A stretch of DNA of 39,781 nt. Origin: Candidatus Rokuibacteriota bacterium (GTDB taxonomy: Bacteria; Methylomirabilota; Methylomirabilia; Rokubacteriales; CSP1-6). Every line of letters begins with the position of its first letter. Position 1 is the first letter of the stretch. This document shows positions 16,601 through 25,740 of the stretch, in pieces. The notes below the pieces were generated by a model. It saw only the letters and a list, made by a program, of their open reading frames with translations, was not told the DNA's origin and made no database searches. The stretch covers positions 1-39,781 of the forward strand of contig JBOHPM010000001.1 of the NCBI GenBank assembly GCA_050731715.1, read 5' to 3'. A program made the position numbers and the translations under genes.

Positions 16601-17716
16601 AACGGCTCCTGGCGTGGGGCCTATGTTCTGGATGGCGTAGTCACCGCCTCGATCAACTCATCGCTCGATGCAGCACAGGAAGGGCCCGAACCTCACACCC
16701 TTCTCGCAAGCAAAGCGAAGTCATACACGGGAACTAAGGTTTACGGCGAAGGGTTCATTGTCGCCGACGACGAGGCCCTCACGCTCCTTTCGGCTGCGCC
16801 AGAGTACTCACGCGTCGTGAAGCCGTTCCTGATCGGCCGCGAGGTTAACGAGCATCCCGAATGTGCACCCTCACGATATGTCATTGACTTCACAGGTATG
16901 ACAGCGGAGCAAGCGAAGCAATACCCCTTGGCCTGGAGAATTGTTGACGAACGAGTTAGACCCCAGCGACAGTCCGCCCCGGAAAGCAGGATGAGGCGCG
17001 TCTGGTGGCAGTTCCAACGTCCTCGTCTCGCCCTCTATGAACGCCTCCGTACGCTTGGCGTCGCGTGGATTGTCGCGGCCACCAGCGACACTGTTGCATT
17101 TGTTGGTCTACGAATAGGTCCGGAACGCCCTCTTATCCTCTCGCACGCCGTGAACGTCATGTCTCTCGACGGATACGGCGAGTTCGCCGTTGTCCAGAGC
17201 TCGATTCATCTAACATGGGCGCGGCGCTACGGCTCAACTCTGAAAGGCGATTTTCGATACACAACGACCGATTGCTTCGACACGTTTCCATTTCCGGAAC
17301 GGACGCTGGATCTCGAGGCAGCTGGTAAGTCCTATCATGAGTACCGGCAGAACGTGATGCGCACTCGAGGGGAAGGACTAACAGCTGTCTATCGCCGTTT
17401 CAATGATGCAACCGAATCGGGAGTCGACATACTTCGGTTGCGCAGCCTCCACGCCGACGTGGACCGCGGCGTCGCTGCCGCCTACGGCTGGACCAGCCTC
17501 GATCTCGGGCACGGCTTCCACGAGACGAAGCAAGGCCTCCGCTTCACCATCAGTGAGCCCGCCCGCCAGGAAGTCCTGGCCCGCCTCCTCCACCTTAACC
17601 ACGCCCGCTATGCCGACGAGCTCCGCCGTGGCCTTCATGCCAAGAAGAGCCGCAGTCGCCGGAACGATCAGGCCGATGGGGACGCGCTGTTCGAACTGGA
17701 CCGGGACAACGAATAG
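13607..17716 (+). CDS. drmMI: DISARM class 1 N6-adenine DNA methyltransferase DrmMI (Eco57I-like, 1369 aa)
   Basis: Motif I is VCDMAMGSGAFLV and motif IV is AIVGNPPFLTG. The TTG at 13607 overlaps the drmD TGA (TTGA), with an alternative GTG at 13613. Confidence 0.9.
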   Translation: MSVSVARHHVEWLSLVETSGPFLSMPVLLRAFPQELDKADADHTRSLRLAHEEWEESQERHPDPAFHTAWVRFVLTETLGLPTEVLAEGPRMPAGLRVMVAEHGEVLAPDLVVVNPDGTPGAGRPRLLVQVYPARQDLRRAVAASRWKVSPETRMVELLRGTDTRLGLVTNGEHWMLVSVRPGEPAGFASWYAALWLEEPLTLRAFRSLLGAHRFFSVAESETLEALLAESAADQQEVTDQLGLQVRRAVELLVAALDRADRDHGRALLRDVPDARLYEAAVTAMMRLVFLFAAEERGLLLLGDPLYDQHYAISTLRAQLRETADRHGEEVLEQRIDAWCRLLATFRTVHSGMRHDRLTLPAYGGSLFDPDRFPFLEGRGEGTSWRTTAAAPLPVNNRTVLHLLEALQMLEVRLPGGGPAEARRLSFRALDIEQIGHVYEGLLDHTAARAPTPVIGLVGTREGEAEVPLDSLERLRADGEARLVEFLSEETGRQPTTIRRALAYEPVGEDVHRLLVACDNDERLERRVRPFAGLVREDTRGYPVVIPPGSVYVTRGSDRRTTGTHYTPRSLTEPIVRYTLEPLVYEGPAEGWRREEWRLRPARDLFALRVCDMAMGSGAFLVQVCRFLSERLVEAWEETERQHPGAPGITPEGAVATGAAEERLIPKDTEERLALGRRLVADRCLYGVDKNPMAVEMAKLSLWLVTLQKDRPFTFLDHALKSGDSLLGVTSAEQIEWAHLDPQKGRQLPFWAALCAPALRTAVEKRRQLESFTVETVVDAEEKARLLREAEAALGVVRLIGDLIVGAGLSTAGKKASALDERLDEIGELVRKTLSPATPTTERETQLLALRERARTMLGIAGSASPVPFHWALEFPEIFDATRNERCGFDAIVGNPPFLTGTSISTFLGPSYRAYLNLVWPHLHGRADLCVVFMLRGAQLCPPKGAMGFVGSNTTSETDSRLSGPAYLLSCGFSIYRAVKSQPWLGGASVHVCQVHYYNGSWRGAYVLDGVVTASINSSLDAAQEGPEPHTLLASKAKSYTGTKVYGEGFIVADDEALTLLSAAPEYSRVVKPFLIGREVNEHPECAPSRYVIDFTGMTAEQAKQYPLAWRIVDERVRPQRQSAPESRMRRVWWQFQRPRLALYERLRTLGVAWIVAATSDTVAFVGLRIGPERPLILSHAVNVMSLDGYGEFAVVQSSIHLTWARRYGSTLKGDFRYTTTDCFDTFPFPERTLDLEAAGKSYHEYRQNVMRTRGEGLTAVYRRFNDATESGVDILRLRSLHADVDRGVAAAYGWTSLDLGHGFHETKQGLRFTISEPARQEVLARLLHLNHARYADELRRGLHAKKSRSRRNDQADGDALFELDRDNE

Positions 17717-17728
17717 CCGAGGGGCCAT

Positions 17729-19948
17729 ATGCCAAAGATCGACACGACCGTCGGGAAATTGGTGGACATGATCACGGGCGGGGAGCTGCGGCTACCGGAG
17801 ATGCAGCGGCGGTACGTGTGGCGGGCCACCCGCGTGCGGGATCTACTGGACTCGCTCTACCGGGGTTATCCCTCCGGCACGATCCTCGTCTGGGAAACCG
17901 AGCGGGAAATGCCGAGCCGCGACGTCGCCGTCGAGCAGGGGCAGAGTCCCTTCAAGGGCCACAAGCTCCTGCTCGACGGCCAGCAGCGGCTGACGTCGCT
18001 GGCCGCGGTGCTCGAGGGAAAGCCGATCGTCGTGCGAAACCGCAAGAGACCCATCGAGATCCTCTTCAACCTCGAGCATCCCGAAGGGCCGCCAGTGGAG
18101 GTCACGGAGGTCGAGGACGACGCGGCTGGCCGCGAGGACGAGGAGCCCGAGGTCGACGACGAGGACGACGCCCCCACAGTCCAGGAACGGCTCAAGAAGC
18201 TGACGTTCGTCGTGGCGAGCCGCGCGCTCCTGGCCGATCCGCACTGGGTGCGGGTCTCCGACGTCTTCAACCCGGGCGTGTCCGACGGGCAGATCCTCAG
18301 GAGCCTCGTGAAGTCCCTGGATGACCCGCTCTATGACAAGTACACACGTCGCCTCCAGCGGGTGCGGAAGATCCGGGACTACCCCTACGTCATGCACCTG
18401 CTCGACAAGGACCTCTCCTACGAGGAAGTCGCCGAGATCTTCGTCCGGGTGAACTCGCTCGGCGTGAAGCTCCGCGGCTCCGACCTCGCCCTGGCCCAGA
18501 TCACGTCTCGATGGCAGGACTCGCTCAAGCTCTTCGAGGGGTTCCAGGAGGAATGCGAGGAGAAGTGGTTCACGCTGGACCTGGGGCTGATCGTTCGCGC
18601 ACTCGTGGTCTGCGCGACGGGACAGTCGCGGTTCAAGACTGCGAGCACGATCCCGGTCAGCCGGCTCCAGACGGCCTGGGAGCATGCGAAGAACGGCATG
18701 CGGTTTGCCGTCAATTTCCTGCGGAGCAATGCAGGGATCGAAGACGAGAGCCTCCTTTCGTCCCCGTTCTTCTTCATCGCGCTAGCGTACTACGCACACG
18801 CAAAGAACTATCGCCTCGTCGCCGACGAGGAAGGTGAACTCCGGCGGTGGCTTTATATCGCCAACGCGCGCGGCCACTACTCGAGAGGGTCATCGGAATC
18901 CTTGCTGGACGCCGACCTCAGTGCGATTCGCCGAGCTGGTGGCCCGGCGGCCTTGCTCGAATTGCTCCGCCAGCAAGTGGGGCGGTTCGAGATCGAGCCG
19001 GCGGACCTCGCCGGGCGCGGGGAACGCGCCGGTCTCTTCCCGATGGCGTACTTGGCTCTCAAGGAACGCGGTGCCAAGGACTGGCGCACTCGCCTCGGCC
19101 TTTCCTTGACTCACCAGGGACGCCAGCACTTCATCGAGTACCACCACATCTTCCCGAAGTCGCACCTGAAGAAGGCTGACTACCCCTCGGAGGAGATCCA
19201 CGAGATCGCCAATATGGCGTTCGTCTCCGGAGCGACGAACCGCAAGATCGCCTCGACGCTGCCGGAGAAGTACCTGGCCGAGGTGGTCGAGGAGCAGGGG
19301 GAGGAGGCCCTGCGCGCACATTGCATCCCCCTCGATCCGCGGCTCTGGAAGCTCGACGCGTTTCGCGAGTTTCTTGAGTACAGGCGGGCCGCGCTCGCCG
19401 CCGCTATCAACGAACTGGTCGGGCAGACCGGCGCGCGGCCGTTCGGGGTGAGCCTCGGGGATCTGCTCGCGCACGGCGAGAATGATGAGATCGAGTTCAA
19501 GACCGCGGTGCGCTGGGACTCGAAGCAGGAACGGCACAACCCGGCTCTCGAGATGGTGGTCCCGAAGACCCTTGCGGGCTTCCTCAACGGCAGGGGTGGC
19601 GTGCTCGTCCTCGGCGTCGACGACCACGGCAGGGTGGTCGGCCTTGAGCATGACTACAGGACGCTCCGTGAGCGCTCCAATCGCGACGGGTATCAACAAT
19701 TCCTCGTCAATCTGATCTCGGTGACGCTCGGGAAGCCGGTGTTCCAGGACCTCACCATCTCGTTCGAGGAGGCGAACGGCAAGGAGGTCTGCATCGTCCG
19801 CGCGAAGTCGAGCCTAACCCCGGTCTACCTCAAAGAGAAGGAGGGCGGTCAGACGGCTTTCTACGTGCGGACCGGCAACGCGACCCAGGCGCTCGGGATC
19901 AAGGAAGCCACGGAGTACATCCGCGCGCACTGGAAGGGAGGCCCGTGA
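17729..19948 (+). CDS. GmrSD-like DUF262 + DUF1524 (His-Me finger) protein with C-terminal AlbA_2/Schlafen-type domain
   Basis: DUF262 motifs are LRLPEMQRRYVW and LLDGQQRLTSL. The DUF1524/HNH-like motif is IEYHHIFPKSHL...NMAFVSGATNRKI. The C-terminal ENDEIEFKTAVRWD...LNGRGGVLVLGVDDHGRVVGL is AlbA_2-like. It starts 13 nt after drmMI. Confidence 0.85.
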   Translation: MPKIDTTVGKLVDMITGGELRLPEMQRRYVWRATRVRDLLDSLYRGYPSGTILVWETEREMPSRDVAVEQGQSPFKGHKLLLDGQQRLTSLAAVLEGKPIVVRNRKRPIEILFNLEHPEGPPVEVTEVEDDAAGREDEEPEVDDEDDAPTVQERLKKLTFVVASRALLADPHWVRVSDVFNPGVSDGQILRSLVKSLDDPLYDKYTRRLQRVRKIRDYPYVMHLLDKDLSYEEVAEIFVRVNSLGVKLRGSDLALAQITSRWQDSLKLFEGFQEECEEKWFTLDLGLIVRALVVCATGQSRFKTASTIPVSRLQTAWEHAKNGMRFAVNFLRSNAGIEDESLLSSPFFFIALAYYAHAKNYRLVADEEGELRRWLYIANARGHYSRGSSESLLDADLSAIRRAGGPAALLELLRQQVGRFEIEPADLAGRGERAGLFPMAYLALKERGAKDWRTRLGLSLTHQGRQHFIEYHHIFPKSHLKKADYPSEEIHEIANMAFVSGATNRKIASTLPEKYLAEVVEEQGEEALRAHCIPLDPRLWKLDAFREFLEYRRAALAAAINELVGQTGARPFGVSLGDLLAHGENDEIEFKTAVRWDSKQERHNPALEMVVPKTLAGFLNGRGGVLVLGVDDHGRVVGLEHDYRTLRERSNRDGYQQFLVNLISVTLGKPVFQDLTISFEEANGKEVCIVRAKSSLTPVYLKEKEGGQTAFYVRTGNATQALGIKEATEYIRAHWKGGP

Positions 19949-20341
19949 GGCGCCCCCCTTGCGATCGCGACCACCGGGGAGACCGCGCGTGACCGTCCTT
20001 GTCACAGTGAGGTTGGATACGGGGAACTGCCATGCGGGATGACGAGACCTGGGTAGGCCGAAGAGCACTTCCGTCGCTTCGCCGTGGCCTATGATTAATC
20101 AATCCCGCCAGAGGAAGGTCCTGATGTCGGCCTGCTCCCGCCTGAGCCCCTTCCGTTGGGCCGGAAGCCGAGCGCACCGAGTGGCATCCCGGACTACGCC
20201 GACACGGAGGACCTCGTGTGAAGACTCCAACGCGATTTCAGGGTCTCGAGCTGCCCACCCCGGCCATGTCGACCGCATGGCGTGGGAACATCCCCCAAGA
20301 GACCGATGCCCGTGACCGTTCTCGGCTAAACTCTCCGCACT

Positions 20342-23300
20342 ATGGCCGACGCTGTTCTTCAGCCGCCCTCTTCCTGGCAAGTCCGCGACGAACTCGAGGA
20401 GGCGGTGACCCGCGACCTCCTCGGCCCGGCCGGCGGACCGGAGGAGGAGATCGAGGATGCGCCCCGCGACCGCTACCTCGTCGGCATGCTGGCGCCGCGC
20501 CGTCAGCTGCTGGCCCCGGAGACGTTCGACGATCTCGCAGTCGGGGGCGAGGGAACGGTCGAGGAGGGCAGCGTCGACATCAACGCACCACAGGCCACGA
20601 CGATGTTCCCCTCGTCCTTCGGCATGACATTCTGCGTTGCCGGCTCAACGACTGCCATCCAGCTAGCCGTGCGGTGGGGCCGCTACGAGCGCATCGAGAG
20701 CGCGGTCCTCAAGAACGAAGCCGGCAACCCGAGGAGGGTGTGGAAGCGGCGGCCGATCGAAGGCACGTCGACGCCGATCTCTCTCAAATCGGGTCTGCTG
20801 AAATGGACAGTGACGACAGAGTTTCCCGAGGTCACGGTCCAGGGCCTTGTCCGCCTCCAGCAGCACGACTGGATCGTGACGCTGTTCCTCGTCAACGGGC
20901 AGGAGGAGCCCAAGCAATTGCGCGACAGCGCATGGCTCTTCCAGCCGGAGCTGATCGTGATCACGCCCGACAAGGCGCCCGCCTTCCTCAGGCGGCCGCA
21001 GAACCTCGATCCGGCGCACACCGACGCCGAGGACCTGGCCATGGCGATGATCTATCGCAAACATGTCGAGTTCGCCGTCGGACACGGCGTGAGCGTGCAC
21101 GCCGATCGGTCCCCGGGCGACATCGACCGCGCCGCGCGTCTGTCGACGCGCGTCGTCCCCGTGGGCGAGGTGCCGCAGGTGACGGCTCCCTCGTCAGCCG
21201 ATCTTCCCGGCCTTTGTGGCCTCGTGCGCGACATGAAGATGCTGGCAGAAACAGCGCCAGCGGACTTCGCGGCAAGGCTCGGGCCGCTCGTTGTCGCGTA
21301 CCGGGAGTGGATCCAGGCTCAAACCGCGCGGATCACCGACGCGGAGTCAGGCCTCGGCCAGTTTCAGGATACGGCCCACGTGGCCATCCAGCGCTGCAGA
21401 GAGGCCATCGAGCGCATCGAGGCCGGAGTGTCGTTGCTCGGAACGAGCGCCCCAGCTGCCGAGGCCTTCCGATTCCTCAACAGAGCCATGTGGCGACAGC
21501 GCATCCACTCGCTCTTCGCTGAGAAGGTTCGACGCGGCGAGGACGTCGCGCTGGAGGCGCTGGACGTGGCCGAAAACAGGAGCTGGTATCCGTTCCAGCT
21601 CGCCTTCATCCTGCTCAACCTCCCGGCGCTCACCGACCTCCACCACCCCGAACGGGCCGACGAGCAGCAGGCGACCGCCGACCTCCTCTGGTTTCCGACG
21701 GGCGGCGGCAAGACCGAGGCCTACCTCGGGCTCGCGGCATACACGATGGCACTACGACGGCTCCAGGGCGCGGTGGCCGGGCGCGAGGGCGAGCCCGGAG
21801 TCGCCGTGCTCATGCGTTACACGCTCCGTCTCCTCACCCTCCAACAATTCCAGCGCGCGGCGACGCTCCTGTGCGCGTGTGAGGCGATCCGCCGCGAGGC
21901 GTTGGAAGCGGGCGATGCGCGGTGGGACAAGACGCCCTTTCGCATCGGCCTCTGGGTAGGACAACGGGCCACGCCGAACACTACGGAGCAGAGCGCCGAG
22001 GCGGTCCGGCAGGCGCACGGGCACTTTCACCGCGCGACGATCGCCGGTGGCGTTGGCTCGCCGGCGCAGCTCACCAACTGCCCGTGGTGCGGGGCACGCA
22101 TCGAGCCGGGTCAGCACATCCGAGTAGAGACACGCACGGGCGGGCGCGGGCGCACGATCACCTACTGCGGCGACAGGCTCGGTCGATGCCTGTTCAGCGA
22201 GCGGCAGGCGCCAGGTGAAGGACTTCCGGTCGTGGTCGTCGACGAGGAGATCTACCGGCTCCTCCCGGCGATGCTCGTGGCCACCGTGGACAAGTTCGCG
22301 CAGATGCCGTGGAACGGCGCCACGCAGATGCTGTTCGGCCAGGTCGATGGGCGATGCCCGCGTCACGGGTTCCGCTCGCCGGAGATCGAAGATAGCGACA
22401 GTCATCCTGCGCGTGGGACGCTCCCAGCGGCGAGAACGGAACCGGCCAACCCGGTACGGCCGCCCGACCTGATCATCCAGGACGAGCTCCATCTCATCAG
22501 CGGGCCGCTCGGCACGCTGGTCGGGCTGTACGAGACGGCGGTAGACCGACTCATGACGTGGGAGGTGGATGGCAAGCCCGTGCGTCCCAAGGTCATTGCC
22601 TCGACGGCAACGATTCGCCGGGCGCCCGACCAGGTCCACGCCTTGTTCGTCCGTCGCGTGCGCGTGTTCCCACCGCACGGGCTCGACGTAGAGGATAACT
22701 TCTTCGCGCTCCAGCGCACGCCGAGCCCCGACCATCCCGGTCGGCGTTATCTCGGCATCTGCGCGCCCGGGCGTCGCCTCAAGGCCGTGCTCATCCGGAC
22801 GTACGTCGCGTTCCTCGCCGCCAGCCAGCAGCTCTACGAAAAGTACGGGCGGGCCGCCGACCCGTGGATGACGCTCGTCGGCTACTTCAATGCGATGCGC
22901 GAACTGGGCGGCATGCGCCGGCTGGTCGACGATGATGTCCGCACCCGGCTCGCGAAAGCCGATCGGCTTGGTCTCGCCGTCCGCGCGATCTTCTACGACA
23001 CGGTGGACGAGCTGACGTCGCGCAAAGGCGGGACGGACATCCCACAGGTGCTGGACGCGCTGGAGGCGCCGTTCGACCCGGCGCTCGAGACCAAGTGCCG
23101 CGCGATGCTCAAGACGGGGCAGCGAGAGGGCCTGCCCCGCAAGCCGCTCGACGTGCTCCTGGCAACGAACATGCTTTCCGTGGGCGTGGACGTCCGGCGC
23201 CTCGGCCTCATGGTGGTCGCGGGCCAGCCGAAGACTACCGCGGAGTACATCCAGGCCACCAGCCGCGTCGGGCGCGCGGCGCCCGGGCTCGTTTGCACAG

Positions 23301-23875
23301 TGCTCAACTGGGTGCGCCCGCGCGACTTCTCGCACTACGAGCGTTTCGAGCACTACCACGCCACGTTCTACAAGCATGTCGAGGCGCTGTCAGTCACGCC
23401 CTTCGCGCCGCGCGCGATCGACCGGGGCCTCACGGCGCTCCTCGTCTCCTGCATTCGGCTCATGGGCATGGAGTTCAACGAGAACCTCCGAGCGGGACGG
23501 ATCACGCTCGATCACCCGTACGTGCGGGCCGCGGTCGAGCACATCGCCCGCCGGGCGCACCTCGTTGGCCAAGGGGCGGCCGTCGAGCAGCTCGTCCGTG
23601 CGGAGCTCGAGAAGCGGCTGGACGAATGGCACGCCGAAGCCCAGCGGGGCACCGGCGGCCGCCGTCTCGGGTATCGAGACACGAGAGACGGGCTGACCGT
23701 CGGCCTGCTCCGTCGGCCCGGGCGCGAGCCGTGGCACGACTTCACGTGCCTCAACTCGCTCCGCGACGTCGAGCCCGAGGTCGGGTTGGTCCTCGACGAT
23801 CGCGGACTGGACGACGAAACCACGGCGGTTCCGGTTGTTCCCGCCGGTGACGACGACGAGAAGACCGAGCCGTGA
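20342..23875 (+). CDS. drmA: DISARM helicase DrmA (DEAD/DEAH-box, 1177 aa)
   Basis: The Walker A motif is WFPTGGGKTEAYLG and the DExH motif is LIIQDELHLISGPLG. The helicase C motifs are LLATNMLSVGVDVRRLGLMVVAGQPKTTAEYIQATSRVGR. It overlaps the drmB start. Confidence 0.9.
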   Translation: MADAVLQPPSSWQVRDELEEAVTRDLLGPAGGPEEEIEDAPRDRYLVGMLAPRRQLLAPETFDDLAVGGEGTVEEGSVDINAPQATTMFPSSFGMTFCVAGSTTAIQLAVRWGRYERIESAVLKNEAGNPRRVWKRRPIEGTSTPISLKSGLLKWTVTTEFPEVTVQGLVRLQQHDWIVTLFLVNGQEEPKQLRDSAWLFQPELIVITPDKAPAFLRRPQNLDPAHTDAEDLAMAMIYRKHVEFAVGHGVSVHADRSPGDIDRAARLSTRVVPVGEVPQVTAPSSADLPGLCGLVRDMKMLAETAPADFAARLGPLVVAYREWIQAQTARITDAESGLGQFQDTAHVAIQRCREAIERIEAGVSLLGTSAPAAEAFRFLNRAMWRQRIHSLFAEKVRRGEDVALEALDVAENRSWYPFQLAFILLNLPALTDLHHPERADEQQATADLLWFPTGGGKTEAYLGLAAYTMALRRLQGAVAGREGEPGVAVLMRYTLRLLTLQQFQRAATLLCACEAIRREALEAGDARWDKTPFRIGLWVGQRATPNTTEQSAEAVRQAHGHFHRATIAGGVGSPAQLTNCPWCGARIEPGQHIRVETRTGGRGRTITYCGDRLGRCLFSERQAPGEGLPVVVVDEEIYRLLPAMLVATVDKFAQMPWNGATQMLFGQVDGRCPRHGFRSPEIEDSDSHPARGTLPAARTEPANPVRPPDLIIQDELHLISGPLGTLVGLYETAVDRLMTWEVDGKPVRPKVIASTATIRRAPDQVHALFVRRVRVFPPHGLDVEDNFFALQRTPSPDHPGRRYLGICAPGRRLKAVLIRTYVAFLAASQQLYEKYGRAADPWMTLVGYFNAMRELGGMRRLVDDDVRTRLAKADRLGLAVRAIFYDTVDELTSRKGGTDIPQVLDALEAPFDPALETKCRAMLKTGQREGLPRKPLDVLLATNMLSVGVDVRRLGLMVVAGQPKTTAEYIQATSRVGRAAPGLVCTVLNWVRPRDFSHYERFEHYHATFYKHVEALSVTPFAPRAIDRGLTALLVSCIRLMGMEFNENLRAGRITLDHPYVRAAVEHIARRAHLVGQGAAVEQLVRAELEKRLDEWHAEAQRGTGGRRLGYRDTRDGLTVGLLRRPGREPWHDFTCLNSLRDVEPEVGLVLDDRGLDDETTAVPVVPAGDDDEKTEP

Positions 23876-25740
23876 CCATCCATCGGCCTCGGTATCGGGT
23901 GGGCGAGCTTCGCCCGAGCCAGATCCTCCTCACGTTCGGCGTCGGCTCCGTGGTCGATCTCCCGAGCCTCTCCGTCATGGTGATGGGGCTCAACGACTGG
24001 GATCCGGCGTACTGCGTGGAGATCAACGAGCCGCGGTTGCTGGCCGCCGTACAGAAGCAGGTTGGCGAGCAGGTGCAGCGCCTCCTGTCGCCGCCGCTGC
24101 CTCCGGACTCGCCATTCCAGGCTGGTCCCTTCGACGAGAGCGTGCTGATCGGAGTCCCGGTCGCCTCGTTCCCCCGCTGGGTCGTGTGTCCCGCGTGCCG
24201 ACTGCTCGCGCCGCTCGCGTCAGGGTTGTTCGCGCTAAAGGCCGAACCCTATCGGCCGGACAAGACGCGCTACGTCCACCAGAACTGCGCGCGGAGCCTG
24301 ACAAGGCCCCCGACCGTCAATCCGGCCCGCTTCCTCGTCGCGTGCGACAAGGGACACCTCGACGAGTTCCCATGGGTGTGGTTCGTCCATCGAGGACAGG
24401 GCGGATGCCAGGGGCCGCTGCGATTCGCCGAGCTTGGCGTGTCTGGCGAGGCCGCCGACATCCAGGTGTCGTGCGACGGTTGCCAGAGCCAGCGGCGGAT
24501 GGTCGAGGCCTTCGCGAGCGACGGTCGGCAGAACCTGCCGGGCTGTCACGGGCGACGTCCCCACCTCAGGGATTACGAGGAAGGCTGCACCGAACCGATG
24601 ACCGCGATTCTGCTCGGCGCATCGAATAGCTGGTTCCCGATCGTGCTGTCAGCCCTATCGGTGCCAACAGTCTCGGGCAAGCTCGACCAGCTCGTCGAAA
24701 GCCACTGGGCCACCCTCGACAAGGCGACAAGCAAGGACATCCTCGCCGCCTTCCGTCAGATCGGCCAGCTCGCCGCATTCACGAAGTACACCGACGACGA
24801 GCTCTGGGCGGCGATCGAAGGACGCCGCCACCAGCAGGGCGGCGGCGCCGCCGCCGGCGACCTGAAGCTCCCCGAGTGGGAACTGCTCTCTCAGCCCGAT
24901 CCCGAGCGAAACACCCACGACTTCCTTGTGAAGCCTGGAGCCCCACCCTCACAGTACGAGGCGCGGCTCGCGCGGGTCGTCCTCGTCGAACGCCTGCGTG
25001 AAGTCCGCGCCCTAATCGGCTTTACCAGGATCGAGTCGCCCGGCGACTTCGGCGACGAGGCGTGGGTCGCGCCTGATCGCCGCGCGCCGCTCTCTCGGAC
25101 GCCGCCCCCGTGGCTGCCGGCGAGCGAAGTCCGTGGCGAGGGCATCTTCCTTCAGCTGAACGAGGCGGCCGTGCACGCGTGGGTGGCGGACGCGCGGCGG
25201 CGCGCGCACGAGGCGGAGTTCTTCGAAGCTCACCGGAGCTGGCGGCGCGTCCGCGGGCGCGAGCCGCTGGATGCCGGCTTTCCCGGCTTGCGCTACGTCC
25301 TCCTCCACTCGCTGGCGCACGTGCTGATGCGCCAGCTCGCGATCGAGTGCGGCTACGCCGCCGCGAGCATCCGAGAGCGCATCTACTCCGCCGACGCGAC
25401 CCAGACCGGCGGGCCTATGGCCGGTGTTCTCATCTACACCGCCGCGGCAGATAGCGAAGGGACTCTCGGGGGCCTCGTGAGCCTCGGCCAGCCGAAAACA
25501 CTTGGGCGCCTTCTCGACCCGGCGCTCGAGCAGGCGCGGCTGTGCGCGTCGGATCCGCTGTGCGCCGAGCATCACCCATGGCGCGATGGCCAGAGTCTCC
25601 ACGCGGCCGCCTGTCACGCGTGCATGTTCGCCCCGGAGACCTCGTGCGAACGCGGCAACCGGTATCTCGACCGGGCGGTGCTCATCGAGACGGTGGAGGC
25701 CCGCGGCCTCGCCTTCCTTGCGAGGCCAGAAGGCGCATGA
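23872..25740 (+). CDS. drmB: DISARM DUF1998 protein DrmB
   Basis: The C-terminal Cys cluster LHAAACHACMFAPETSCERGNRYLDR is typical of DUF1998. The GTG at 23872 overlaps the drmA TGA (GTGA). Confidence 0.9.
   Translation: MTIHRPRYRVGELRPSQILLTFGVGSVVDLPSLSVMVMGLNDWDPAYCVEINEPRLLAAVQKQVGEQVQRLLSPPLPPDSPFQAGPFDESVLIGVPVASFPRWVVCPACRLLAPLASGLFALKAEPYRPDKTRYVHQNCARSLTRPPTVNPARFLVACDKGHLDEFPWVWFVHRGQGGCQGPLRFAELGVSGEAADIQVSCDGCQSQRRMVEAFASDGRQNLPGCHGRRPHLRDYEEGCTEPMTAILLGASNSWFPIVLSALSVPTVSGKLDQLVESHWATLDKATSKDILAAFRQIGQLAAFTKYTDDELWAAIEGRRHQQGGGAAAGDLKLPEWELLSQPDPERNTHDFLVKPGAPPSQYEARLARVVLVERLREVRALIGFTRIESPGDFGDEAWVAPDRRAPLSRTPPPWLPASEVRGEGIFLQLNEAAVHAWVADARRRAHEAEFFEAHRSWRRVRGREPLDAGFPGLRYVLLHSLAHVLMRQLAIECGYAAASIRERIYSADATQTGGPMAGVLIYTAAADSEGTLGGLVSLGQPKTLGRLLDPALEQARLCASDPLCAEHHPWRDGQSLHAAACHACMFAPETSCERGNRYLDRAVLIETVEARGLAFLARPEGA

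Noticed and set aside
21752-23377. 541-aa minus-strand ORF, plus the 20218-21522 plus-strand ORF, overlapping drmA
   Set aside because: These are shadow or out-of-frame ORFs. The drmA frame has Walker A, DExH and helicase C motifs, and the alternatives are low-complexity R/P-rich.
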